Source: the human T2T-CHM13v2.0 reference genome, Homo sapiens. From it: a stretch of 64,000 nt of DNA. Positions 51,148 through 63,649 of the stretch are shown here, one piece after another. The notes under the pieces are model-generated. The model saw only the letters and a list, made by a program, of their open reading frames with translations, had not been told where the DNA came from and did no database searches. The stretch lies in assembly GCF_009914755.1 (NCBI RefSeq), contig NC_060931.1, one strand, 5' to 3'. The translations under genes and the position numbers were made by a program. Position 1 is the stretch's first letter, and the number at the start of each line of letters is the position of its first letter.

Positions 51148-51368
51148 CAATGCTGTGTGTGATTAAGAATGCAGGCTTTGGAGACAGACTGCCTGAATTC
51201 CAAACTTTATGTGACTTTCGGTTGTTTAATGGCTCTGGGCCAGAATTTTATGTGTAACATAAGGCTATTACTAATACTCACCTTAAGGATATTATGCAGG
51301 TTAAATGAGCTAGGTTACATAAAGTGTTCAGAACTGTCTCTCACCCAATAAATGGTTATTATTATTAA
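51148..51368 (+). mobile_element. MIR
   Basis: GATTAAGAATGCAGGCTTTGGAGACAGACTGCCTGAATTC...GGTTAAATGAG...TAAAGTGTTCAGAAC...CAATAAATGGTTATTATT. Confidence 0.85.
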
Positions 51369-51394
51369 TCTGTGTGATGCTGGTATATAACAGA

Positions 51395-51566
51395 ATAATT
51401 CAAACTAAATAATGCATTCAAACTAAACTATTCAAACTAAATAGTGGAGAGTTCATATTCAAACTAAACTGTATTGTAATGTATTCAAACTATATTGTAA
51501 TGTATTCAAACTGTATTGTAATGTATTCAAACTAAACTGTGTTCAAACCAAATAATGGAGAGTTTT
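51395..51566. repeat. Mosaic local repeat with 8 copies of TTCAAAC, including a 21-bp period array
   Basis: TTCAAAC at 51399, 51417, 51431, 51458, 51484, 51505, 51526 and 51542. Confidence 0.9.
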
Positions 51567-52576
51567 AAGTACAGAACATCACCTCATATACTTAATATAA
51601 ATGTGCTTTTAACAGAGCAATGATCCAGCTCTTGTGAATGGTAGGTTGAGCTCAGTGGAATAGGACCCAATGAATATGGACACTCCAACTAAATTTCAGG
51701 TTCAGATTGTCCCACAATAAGACACAATCATTCAAACAACACCCTCCAAGCTGATAAGCAATTAAGGGATCAAGGCAGAAACACACAGCCAAGGACCTAG
51801 AGCATCTTAGAGTTGGTGGTTGTAAAGTTAGAAACGGACCACAGTGGTCCTCCTGTGATACTGAGATTTAAATGTTTTTATCTTTTTTCCTGCTCCCCTC
51901 ACCCCATTCTTCTTTCCTTACCATTTCTGTTATCGTCTCAGCTAAAGTTAATGGTTAGAAATAATGAGAGTTGATGGTAGCCAGACCAGAAAAACAAATC
52001 TGTTCGGTTTTTGTTATTCGACCTATGTGCATCCTCTTGATTCAATTAGTTCTCAAGTATCTCTCAATTATACCTGTGAACATGTGCAGGACAGAAACTT
52101 GAATTTATAAAATAATGTTTGAATTAAATGGTATCTCATTTGCAATTCAAAATTCTATAATCCAGGGAATAGACTGGAAAGTTTTAGCTCTGAAAATCCA
52201 TGGTAGACCTAAAGAGCTGAGTTTCTAAGTTGCTAATATTTATCACTTGCCTTTCACAAATGAGAATGGATTGCCTGTTCTGAAAGTTGGAAACAAAAAC
52301 TCTTTTCTCTGATTCCCTTATATCAGCATAACAAACATGAAGAAAGGTAATGACTGCATCATCAATGGCAGCAAAATGTGAACTACCCACAGATACTAAG
52401 CTAACTAGGTGTGCCTAATTGCCAACAGTAGGGATATGCCCCGCCTGTCACTTGAATACGTTCTTAATTTATGTGCCACTGAAATTCCCTGGTAAGATGT
52501 CACCACTTACATTGTGGGCTAAGTGGATTACACATCTTGCTGTAGGGCTTTGAGTGAAATGCAGACTTCTTGGCTA

Positions 52577-52970
52577 AGGTCAACAATGGAAAACATATAT
52601 AATGGTGGTCCCATCAGATTAACTGGAGCTGAAAAATTCCTATCCCCTAGTGATGTTGTAGCCATTGTAACATTGCAAAAATTCCTATAATCTAGTGATG
52701 TAGCTATTGTAACATCACAGTGCAATGCATTACCTTTTCTATGATTAGATGTGTTCAGATACACAAATACTTCCCACTGTGTTACAATTGCCTACACTAT
52801 TCCGTATAGTACATGCTATACAGGTTTGTAGCCTGGAAGCAATGGGGTACACCTCATAGCCTAAGTGTACAGTAGAACATACCATGTAGGTTTGTGTACG
52901 CACACTCTAGGATGTTCTCATAAGGACAAAATCAATCACCTAACAATGCATTTCTCAGAATGTGTTTCTG
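52577..52970 (+). mobile_element. Tigger3 (a/b-like) TcMar DNA transposon
   Basis: GGTCAACAATGGA..ACATATATAATGGTGGTCCCAT...GGAGCTGAAAAATTCCTAT...ACACAAATACTT...GTTACAATTGCCTACA...CACCTAACAATGCATTTCTCAGAATG. Confidence 0.9.
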
Positions 52971-53109
52971 AAACAGACATAGAAAAAAAAAAAAGGGTTT
53001 TTTTGTTTTTGTTTTTTGTTTTTTTAATCTAGGCTTTCAGGAATGAAATGCCTAACTCACCGGATCGACTTGGGTCAGAGATACTGATAAACCTCTCATG
53101 CCTTGAAAT

Positions 53110-53657
53110 TGCAGTGGAAAGCAAGTTCAGCCACTTGCCGCTTGAGAAGCCGAATACACAAGAGGTGAGGTATAGTGGAAGGAAAGCAGCTTTATTAATC
53201 AAATGCCGGCAGTTGAGGAAATGGCTAGGTTTATGCCTCTACAAAACCATTTCAAATTTTTGGGCTGACTGTAGGGGTTTAAAAAGAGAAACTTGCAGGA
53301 GTTGTGCAAGGTGCAGTTCTGCATGTCTTGTTCCAATGGCTATCTTGAATTATTGTCTACCTGGACAGAATCCAAGCTGGCATCATCTTCACTGTGGCTG
53401 GGTCATAGATTATCCCCTCTGAGGTAATTTCTAGGTGGGGGAGAGTTCTACAACTGGGTTTCCGTATCTGGTTTGCTTCTAGAGTAGCCCCGGGAGCTTC
53501 TAAACAAGCATATCATTGAATAAGTGTGCATGGTGCTAGGGAGTGTCTGGTGGGAAAGGGAGAGAAACAGAGTTGTAAAGTGCATTTCAAGGCTATATTC
53601 TGAGTTTAGAGAAAAAAAGTTTTTAAGTGCATTTTAAAGCTAAGATACTTGATTACA
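53110..53657 (-). mobile_element. ERV1 (MER4-group-like) solo LTR, 548 bp
   Basis: TG...CA termini and a perfect 4-bp TSD AAAT (53106-53109, 53658-53661). Minus-strand AATAAA at 53191-53196 and TATA-like TTTAAA at 53278-53283. Exact family not assigned. Confidence 0.82.
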
Positions 53658-54828
53658 AAATGTGAATTTTGATGGAAGAGGAAGAATATTAAACAGCTTT
53701 CCTCAGTTGTTCTTCCACTTGTGCCTAAGTGGCATCCATACTTGACCCTGTAGACATGGCATTCAATTTTAACTCATCTTCCCTCAGCTTTAAAGTAGCG
53801 AAAATCATAAGAAGAATTTTAATTTAGCAATAATTTTTGGTCCCCAATTAATCTAATGGCTAAAATATTGTACCTCTAATACTTAAAGAAGCTCAGCTAG
53901 TAAGTAAACTTGGTATGTTATTAATCAAGCCATATATTTTTATTAGGGGCCTTTTATGGTCTCAGCACTGGAATTTTAGTGAGAGGTGATTAAAAAGATA
54001 TGTTCTCTAGCAGAAAAGATGAAAACCAAAGCATCAATTTATTCAGCAAACACTTGTTGGGATCTACTACTGTGCCAAGTGCTTAATGGAAAACACAGGT
54101 GTTTAACATAAGGTCCTTTATGTTGATACACACCAAATATGTCTTTCCTAAATGAATTTTATGTTCTTTATTATTAGGAATTCATATCTCTAAAAGAATT
54201 GAAACACTGTTTATGTGCATAGGCCATCAAACACCACAGAGATATCTTTTGAAGACGTTAACAGTTTAAAATTCCTCACTGGTGAAGAAAAACATGAGTT
54301 TTACATAGCAGATGCTACAGTTTAAGATGGATGTATGTGTATAACCTCTCTAGGGAAGTACTAGAACAAAAATTTAAGTCATGAGTAAATATGCATGCTT
54401 ATATTAAGAAAACCCATCTTGAGTTTACCTGGCATGGATTAGTACCAGTAGGAATTGTTTAATTAGTAATTAATTAAATTTTCTGAAAACATACATCATT
54501 TCATTACTAGAAACAAGAGCAAAACTGCATGTTGAATAAAGCAACACTCGTACACTTAATTAAAAAGCAAATAAGTTAACATATAATATTTTCATACTGC
54601 CCATCTGCCCTTAGAAGGTCTACATCCTCCGGAAAAAGCTGAATATAATTTAGGTAAAAGACTATATTAATACAAAAAGGACTGAAGTTTAACTTTCTCC
54701 TGTCTCTCCTTCCTTCCTTTTCATTTTTGCCAACACACATTTCACTTATATTAAAACTTATTCCACCACAACTTCCTTGTGATTAATTCTAAGACACACA
54801 GTGGTAGAAAAAAGTTAAGCAAATATAT

Positions 54829-55218
<390 letters not shown>

Positions 55219-57314
55219 TAAAATCACTCTTAAATTCAAATATTAGAATGCTGTTATTCTATGAAATAGATTTGTAGTTTCTTTTTTAAAAAAAAATAAA
55301 TTTAAGTTTTTTAAAGTTTAGAGAGAGGATTCTGTGAAACTGCCCTAGGGTGGTTGCTAGCCATGCCCAAAAGGTAGATTCAGATTACACTGTGTGTAAG
55401 TGCAAGTGAACTAAACTTTGCAATTTGTCTTGTCCCATCTGTTACAAACTTCACAGTAGGGAGCCTGGCATTGTCAGTTGCCTTAAGTGACCGGTTGTGA
55501 ATGCAAACAAAATTTGTGTGTACTTTTCTAGTTTTTTGCTAGAGTCAAAAATACATCACGTTCTTGGTGCTCAGTTTTCACTGAGCCTGTGGAAATAGGG
55601 TTTATGGCAATTTTGAAGACAAAAGAGTGTGTAACCAATAGAAAGAATGTTTTCTATATCCCCATTGATCTGGTTTAAAATGCTCTCTGTGTGAATCTAA
55701 AACTATTTTAGAAATAGTTTAAAATTAAATTTAAATTATTTAGCCATGAGAAATAAATGCAGACAAAGAGTTTAAGGAAGCTGACTAGCTCATACCATTC
55801 AGAAGTTTGTCTTTCAAGCAGTAACCTAGAAGATAATCCATTAATTATGAAAATAATTTTAATCATGTGGTATGGATATCTTTAATAGACATCATCATAA
55901 CATATTTGGACTCCTTGAAATTGTCTTGTGTGTGAACAAAACAAACTCAATTTGCCTTTTACAGATTTTAAATAATTTTGAAATAAGTTAAATATAAATA
56001 TATATTAATGTAAAATTAACATATTAAAAGATCTTTGAAGAAACTAAGCATTAAATCTGTGTATAATCAGACTAAAGCATTTTATTCCAGTAACTTTTCT
56101 GAAATACAAATTACCTCACATAAAACTCATGTTCTACTTTCCTTAAAAATAAGACACTTTATCTTATGTGCTTTAAAGCAAATGGATTATTAAATAATGT
56201 AAAAGCTTAATAAATTACCAGCTGGTCGAACTATTTATTAATTAATGAGATAAACTTGAGGAGAAAGCAATAATTATAAATATTCTTTTAAAATGTAAAT
56301 TGATGACCTGACAAGGTTTTTCATTATAAATATATTAATATCTGTTGTATATAGACATTTTTATGCTATGTATTTCATTTTCTCCTGCTCATTTCTAAAT
56401 TAATTACAGGCATTAGAGAAGCTATAAATACTAAAAGTCAGATTCAGCTGTCTGCTTTCAAGTGTATCACACCAAAATCATCGATCTTTGAGAAAACATA
56501 GTAGGACAATTCTTTACATAATTGTATAATTATAACCCATGTTGAAATTAGCAAAGTCAAAAGAAAACATTAAACAGTTTTTCTTTTCTAAATGTCATAA
56601 AGACTTTGTAGAATACTTATATTTATAATGGGTAATGTGGTTACATTTTGCATTACACTTCAGCTACTAATGTTATAAATGATTAAGCTTGAATGAATTT
56701 TGGAGTCTCACATCTAGTATATGCTTGTTTTTTTTTTCGGTCAGAAACATTTTATGCTTATTTCTTTCTCTTCATTTTGAAGATTAAGGAAAGATTACTT
56801 TAAGACTTGAACTTGGCACTTTGCATATCTCTTTGGTTCATGCAATAGTCTTTCCAAGGCTTGTGAAAAATTCTTCTAAAAGGACAAGGTGAATTACTTG
56901 GCTAAGATACAGATGCCAATATATATACAAAGAGAACAAAGCTCTATGAAATGTACAGAAGGATCCTGCTCTCCTGCTTGAACATTTAACTGAAAGGAAA
57001 AGAACGGAGGAAGCCAGAGTAACAATAACCACATGCCTTTTCCATAAATGATTCTTGCACAGGATTTCAAATACCAGAAGATGGAAGGTTAATAAATGTA
57101 GGAAGATTTTATCCATACAAGTTGAGAAAAAGTTAACATATGTAAAATATGGAAATGATCTTCTAAGTGTCTATTGCCTTTGAAAGGTATCATTCTCAAG
57201 TTAATTCACCAGTTAATTTCATGTCATCTGAAGTTTCTCTATTAAAATTTAAGTAAGAGATTCTCATTTGGGAAACAACTTCTAAATATTTCAGAAACAC
57301 TTACCAACATAACC

Positions 57315-57460
57315 ACAGTGTACTGAATTTAGCTTGTACCAACTCAAGAGAGCTAATTGTGCATGTATATTCACAACTCTTGTGTTTCAGTGCTGTCACA
57401 ATAGTGCTTGGAATCGAGTGTGGTGGGAGATTTTACAACACAGAAATAAAAAATTACTAT
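57315..57460. mobile_element. MER63-like hAT-Blackjack fragment
   Basis: GCTTGTACCAACTCAAGAGAGCTAATTGTGCATG...CAACTC...GCTTGGAATCG...GGTGGGAGATTTTACAACACAGAAAT. Confidence 0.75.
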
Positions 57461-57519
57461 TTTTAAATATTTTATTTAATTATTCCTATCAGCCTATGAG
57501 TATATTTCTATATTTTTAT

Positions 57520-57668
57520 ACAATTTTTATTCCTGTTTTACAAACAGAGAAACTGAGATGGAGAGGTCATCAGCCCAAAGTCATAGTGTGAATGGTGGAG
57601 CCAGGATTTATGCTCAGGCAGTGTAACTTCATAGCCTTTGGTCTTAGCCACAATGCTACTCTGCTTCC
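57520..57668 (-). mobile_element. MIR
   Basis: ATTCCTGTTTTACAAACAGAGAAACTGAG...GCCCAAAGTCATAG...GGAGCCAGGATTT...TCTTAGCCAC. Confidence 0.78.
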
Positions 57669-57928
57669 CAATAAATATTTAGTCAAAGTTTATTCATCAG
57701 TATAGAATGATGACATTATTTATTATTTATTGACTGCATAAACCCAAATTATCAAACACTTTTTCAACATTCTCTCAAAGAAGTAAATTCAATATATCTA
57801 ACTTGAAATTTAGGAGCATTAAAAAATTAGGAAAACTATTTTATAGAACCAGAGTTTTTCATGGGGACAGGTGCTAGGGTTCTCTGCTCCAGAATTCTGA
57901 TGCTTAAAATGTTGCATATTTGTTTTAG

Positions 57929-58058
57929 ATGGAAAAAGAGGGTGCTGGCAGAAGGATCCCTGGTTGGGCAGCGACATGCCAGTGTGTCCAGAGGAGTTCC
58001 CTGCCTGCCAGGAATCTCAGCAGACACAGTGATGTGAAGGAGCAAGACAAAATGCCAG
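57929..58058 (+). other. Candidate exon (130 nt) in a GC-richer island
   Basis: Acceptor ATATTTGTTTTAG| and donor CAG|GTAGAG. One frame is open throughout (MEKEGAGRRIPGWAATCQCVQRSSLPARNLSRHSDVKEQDKMP), with no recognised homolog. Confidence 0.3.
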
Positions 58059-58599
58059 GTAGAGACCTACTTTAAATAGTACTTAGAAATAAAAATCATA
58101 AGAAATGTTGAACCATGCAGTGATGAGAATCACTTTTATACCACCCAAAATCCCTTTTCCTGAAATCTCTATCTGCTTGATGATACTGTCCACATTAAAA
58201 TTTTTAAATATTTTACAAAGTACTTTCATAAAATAGCTAAACAATCCTGAAATCCATCCTTCTCTTGCCATCATTGGTTTTCCTAAGGCTTTGATATCCT
58301 CTACTTCCATTGTTGATTCTCCTGTTTTCATTTTTAAGTCATTTTCTTTGGCCTTCTGCTCTTCCCGTTTTTCACAACTTTAATTATTGACAATGATTTC
58401 TGAATCTCCCGTGAGCTCTGGTGTCACATACTTGACACAAAGTACAGTTAAAAACTTCTTGAATGAATGAGTCACTCTCCAATTGCCTGATGAAAATACC
58501 TACTTGGAGGTATTTCATCACCTTGAAGCCTGAAAACAACCTATTGTCTTGTCCTTAAAATAACTACCTTTTCTGAGAATTTCTGTTAATGGTAGTGAG

Positions 58600-58785
58600 A
58601 ACCAACATTTATTGAGTGATTATCGCATACCAGGCACTTTACAACATATTATCTACTTCTCACAACTATCCTATGAAATAGATGGTGTAATGAAGAAATC
58701 AAGGACAAAAGCAGTGAGCAAGTTAAGGAATAGAGATATGAACCCAGGTCATCTAACTCAAACCAGTGCCTCTCCCATCACACGT
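58600..58785 (-). mobile_element. MIR
   Basis: AACATTTATTGAGTG...CCAGGCACTTTACA...CTCACAACTATCCTATGAAATAG...ATGAACCCAGG. Confidence 0.75.
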
Positions 58786-59104
58786 CAGGCTTATCTGTTT
58801 AAGTCCCTTAACCACACTCAGTTCCGGTGGTTTTAACCTGTCAGGTAGAGGCCCAAATAATGACGAATGAAGCCAGAAAAAATAGAACCCAAACTGACAG
58901 GTTATTAGGGATGAACAAAAAGAATTGAAAACTCAGTAAAATCCAAGAAAATACATTCATAACCCAAAATATAAAGAATTAAAGAGATTTTTGAAATAGA
59001 GTCAAGATTTGCTTATTTGTTTGAATCAAGTTCCAACAATACAAATATTAACTTTGCTTGATTTGGGTTGGAATCTGAGTTGTCAGGACCATTTCTCAGA
59101 TTCT

Positions 59105-59160
59105 ACTGAGAATGTAAAAGAGACTTAAAGAAGTAACACAGTCGACTAATATATTTTATT
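59105..59160 (-). terminator. Candidate distal poly(A) site of a minus-strand gene
   Basis: Minus-strand AATAAA (59155-59160) followed about 15 nt later by the GU/U-rich element TGTGTTACTTCTTTAAGTCTCTTTT. Confidence 0.45.
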
Positions 59161-59489
59161 TAAAAATTTACTTTTGAAGCCTATAAATGGATAAATTCCA
59201 AAATACAGAATATTTAACAATATTTAATATTTTTTACTCAACAGTCTGCCTTTGTGTTTTTCTTTCCATAAACAAATACACTGGATTAAAGCAATAATAC
59301 TCTTATCTTCAAGTTCAATGCCTGAGTTTCTTGCATACTATTTCCATTTAAAGTTCAGTAATTACTTAACTTCACATTATTCTGTCACAAATGATAAATG
59401 TGCTACCTATGTAGTAAAAATCATAAAACTATTATAAGCCAAGTCAAGAGAATTCATAAAGTTAATATGAAATAATAACTATACTGATA

Positions 59490-59540
59490 CACATGTGCAA
59501 TGGGCCCTACCAGAAATATGCCAAAATAACAAGTTTTATT
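59490..59540 (-). terminator. Candidate second poly(A) site
   Basis: Minus-strand AATAAA (59535-59540) with downstream TTGTTATTTTGG...CACATGTGT. Confidence 0.35.
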
Positions 59541-60595
59541 TAAAGAATGAGGTCTTTGGGCAGAAAGAAATGAGGGGTCATTATCATCAAAAATTATTAG
59601 GAAGATTGTAGGTAAAAAGAAATCAGCCTACAATTTTAACTAAATAAAGGAGGAGAAGGGAGTATATCATTACAGTTGATGCAGTTAGGAAAATTCAATT
59701 ACCATTTTACCACAAACTGGCTGACTACTTCAAGAGCTCAGAGTCAGGCTCTCCAGGCATTCTGTTACTCTCCCACTAAGTTTCCTTACATGGGACATAA
59801 ACCTGCATTTATGATTACAACAAAATATTATAATGCTATTTAATCTGACAGTTGGCAAACAATAGAAAAACAAACTGGAAATTAGTGGAGCCACACCCTC
59901 TCACTACCCCTGAAAATAGGGGCTAAAATGAGTCATTAAGAAACAGTATTCAAAGACCACTGTATTAACTAATGTGATTTATAAAATAAGCAAAATTCAG
60001 CAATTTTCAATGGAAAATGCCACAGTATTTGAACACTAGGAATGTTTTGATGCTGATTTTTATCAAAGTGGTACTGCAAGCCATTAAGTTGGAACAAATT
60101 CCAAATTCACAATTACATGCATCACCTCAGTTTAATAATCCAATAAATGATAAAAAAGACAAATAAAGAAAACAGCATCATATAGCACAGCAGCTTTGTT
60201 TGGCTCCCTCTGGATAAAATCTTCAGTTTGCCCATAGTTTTACCTAGAAATCCAGTTGTGGAATCAAATTGTGAATCCTATCAGAGATAAAGGCAAATAA
60301 AATATCACAGTTAGATTCTAAGAGTCTACATATGCATATCCAAGTAATTGAATAACTGTTACCATAGTACATTTGTAATGACAGTTTTGTGTTTAATCAA
60401 TTCAGGAGCCTGTTGATAACCTTGGATAATCAGCCTGATTTCTCCATGCAAAATACAGTAATACTCTCAGCGAATAAAAAGCTCTTTCATTGTCCAATAA
60501 ACACTTCTTTCAGCTCCACAGAGTAATTCAACAACTCAAAACTATTTAGGTGTTATTCCAATTATGTGGATAAAAAAAATTAACAATAAATGTAA

Positions 60596-61037
<442 letters not shown>

Positions 61038-61337
61038 TTGGACCTTTACTTTTAATATCCTTTTGTTTAGACAGCTGACTTTGAAGTAGAGTCTATTAAG
61101 TTAAGAGAATATCATATAGAGGTAGTAAAATGTGATAAGGACTATAAATATGGATGGGGAAAAACTAACGTATTAAAACATAGCTGGAAAATCCTAAAGA
61201 TGAGAGAGGCTTAGGTAGGGACTAGAAATATTACACATACTTTCATAGAAATTATAATATCCTGAGATGTAAAAGCCCTGGCATAATAATAAATATCCTT
61301 TGTATAGCTCAGTGTCTATGTGGCTCATATACTTTAG

Positions 61338-61556
61338 ATCTATGGATCTTCACCATGGTTATGCATCAGAATCACCGGAGATGCTTTTTCATGGTTATGC
61401 ATCAGAATCACCAGAGATGCTTTTTTCAAAATATTTACATCTAGATCCCTCCTCACGAAATTCTAAATCAGTATATTTAAAGACAGAATCAGGCATATAC
61501 ATTTTTAAAGAGGTCCCTAGCTTATTATAGCGCACAAGCTTAGCAAGAACATTGCT
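61338..61556. mobile_element. MER5-family element with an internal 36-bp tandem duplication
   Basis: ATGCATCAGAATCACC...AAATTCTAAATCAGTA...CAGGCATATACATTTTTAAAG...AGAACATTG. Duplication at 61354-61425. Confidence 0.78.
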
Positions 61557-62587
61557 TTTGATGCCAAATTCATTTTTGAATAGCACAATTTTAAAAGCAC
61601 ATGGAACCAGAGAAGGTTCAGAGAAGCTTGACATTCAAGATAAACGTTAACAAATGGAAGGGGACTCTAACAAGAAAAGGTATATGTTGTTAGAGAGAAA
61701 AGGCTCTGGGCTGTTCAAATGTATGAGCACTTTTTTCATAAGTGATCCTTAGGAAATCAAGCAAAAGAGTAAGTATCCATTAAGTGAACGACATTTAGTT
61801 GGTTGGATATCAAGTGCCTTTTGATTGCTTGGTTAATAAATTACTAGTAGTCTCTACTATTGAGACTTCTAAGACTACTCAAAATAGTCATTTGTCTTGT
61901 TTTTAACAATCATTCTAAAAACAGGATTAAAGATATATTGGCTTCCACTTGTTCCTCCCACTTACATGCGTAAGACGAGATGAAAAATGCAAAAGCATGG
62001 CAAAATAAACCTTATAGTTATTCCAAACACATTAGATACAAATGGACGGGAATCAAGGACTTACGATCTCTGTATTTCAAAATGAATAAAAGTTGAAATT
62101 CTATTATTTGCGAATATTAGATCAAATTTCTTAAAGTTAAAATCATAACCACTTACCATTTCAGCTAATAATTTATTCTGGGTTTTAACTTCATGGCCTA
62201 TTTCAATGGAAAGCTATAAAGAAGAAGGTATACACAGGATTACTCACATAAAAGTATTCAAGTGTTATAAAGTAAAAATAATGTCATTCTAAGCATACAC
62301 ATTTTCTGAAATGAAACGGTCTTCTAGACACATAAACTCTCTTTTTCTGATACTTTTTCTACCAAGATCAATAAAAAATAAATTTGGAATTTCTACTCCT
62401 CCCAATTATGGACATTTCTTCTTTCCTCTTTATTTTAATTTCATCTTAATATTCAATTCCATCTTTTAATTTGGTATGTACTACTTCTCTCTGATTCTCT
62501 TAACCTTGTATGCTTTTATATCTTTATTATATTCCTACAAAAGCTACAAATTCCTACAAATATCTGTATATTTCCTTCTTACATTTT

Positions 62588-62737
62588 ATTTATTATATTT
62601 TATAAATTATATATATATATTTTAACTTATTTTAGGTTTGGGGGTACAGGTGAAGGTTTGTTATACAGTTAAACTCATGTCACATGGATTTGTTGTACGG
62701 ATTATTTCGTCAACCAAGAATTAAGCCTAGTACCCAA
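62588..62737 (-). mobile_element. Very short L1PA 3' terminus with TSD
   Basis: TTTTAGGTTTGGGGGTACAGGTGAAGGTTTGTTATACAG.TAAACTCATGTCAC...TAAGCCTAGTACCCAA. TSD CCTT(C/A)TTACATTTT at 62574-62587 and 62738-62751. Confidence 0.9.
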
Positions 62738-63649
62738 CCTTATTACATTTTGAAAGATCTAGAAGTACCCATACAACCAATTCAAATCTAGACAGAAGTA
62801 TTTAATATTTTCCTAATGAAATGTTACATTACTTTAAATATGTCTAAACTGATTTTTCCTTAGTTTAAAGGTTTTTGCTTTAAAATATGATAATAAATTG
62901 AAAAAAATAAATATTAGTGTTACTTACTTCCTGAAGCTCTGAAGAAAAGAGCCATAGCTTACAAAATACAATACTATAGCTAATTATGACAACTATTCAA
63001 ACCAAAATCTATCTAATACTTTATAGGACAGATTCATCAAAGGCTTCACTTCCAAGATATTTAAATAAATAGAATCATCTACTGAAAATCTTGGTAAATC
63101 ACTGCAAATATTGTTCTTCATCTGTGTGAAAGCACATGGGATAATACTGATACAAAACCATACTAGAATTCTATAGATCAGAACATGAGCTTTCCTCCCA
63201 GATTTAACAACTCAGAGATAATAAAGTAACTATAAAGCTAGACTGCCCACATTACTCAACTTCTATCACTGTCATTCATGCCAAGGAAAAATATTTCCAG
63301 GACATCACAACTTTCTTCTAACAAGTAATCTAAATTATCTACATTGGGGGGGTTTTTAAAGGCATTTAATTCTTAAGTCCTTCCAAGTGTTGTATTTTTA
63401 AAATTAACATTATACAATATTACTTAGTTCATAAATCAACTTTAGTTTAATATGACTTTGAAAACAATCCTGTTTCAAAATCTAAAGGTCTCCAGACTGA
63501 ATGTAATTCGATTTTCCAAAGACTATATTGAAATACCAATTAAGTTTTATCAACATGGGCTTCTACTGAATGCTTTATAAGTGAACGTCATGTTCATTAT
63601 AATGCAGTATCAATCACATATATTATTAAAATCATCTTCGTGTAATTCT

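Noticed and set aside
51395-51566. CRISPR-like repeat-spacer array
   Set aside because: Primate DNA, a 7-bp core, short spacers that are copies of one another, and no cas genes.
53048-53422. 124-aa ORF
   Set aside because: Mostly antisense to the ERV1 LTR, with no protein similarity recognised.
62928-62960. Minus-strand microexon TTTTCTTCAG|AGCTTCAGGAA|GTAAGT
   Set aside because: GTAAGT is frequent by chance in AT-rich DNA, the acceptor is ambiguous, and there is no linked coding context.
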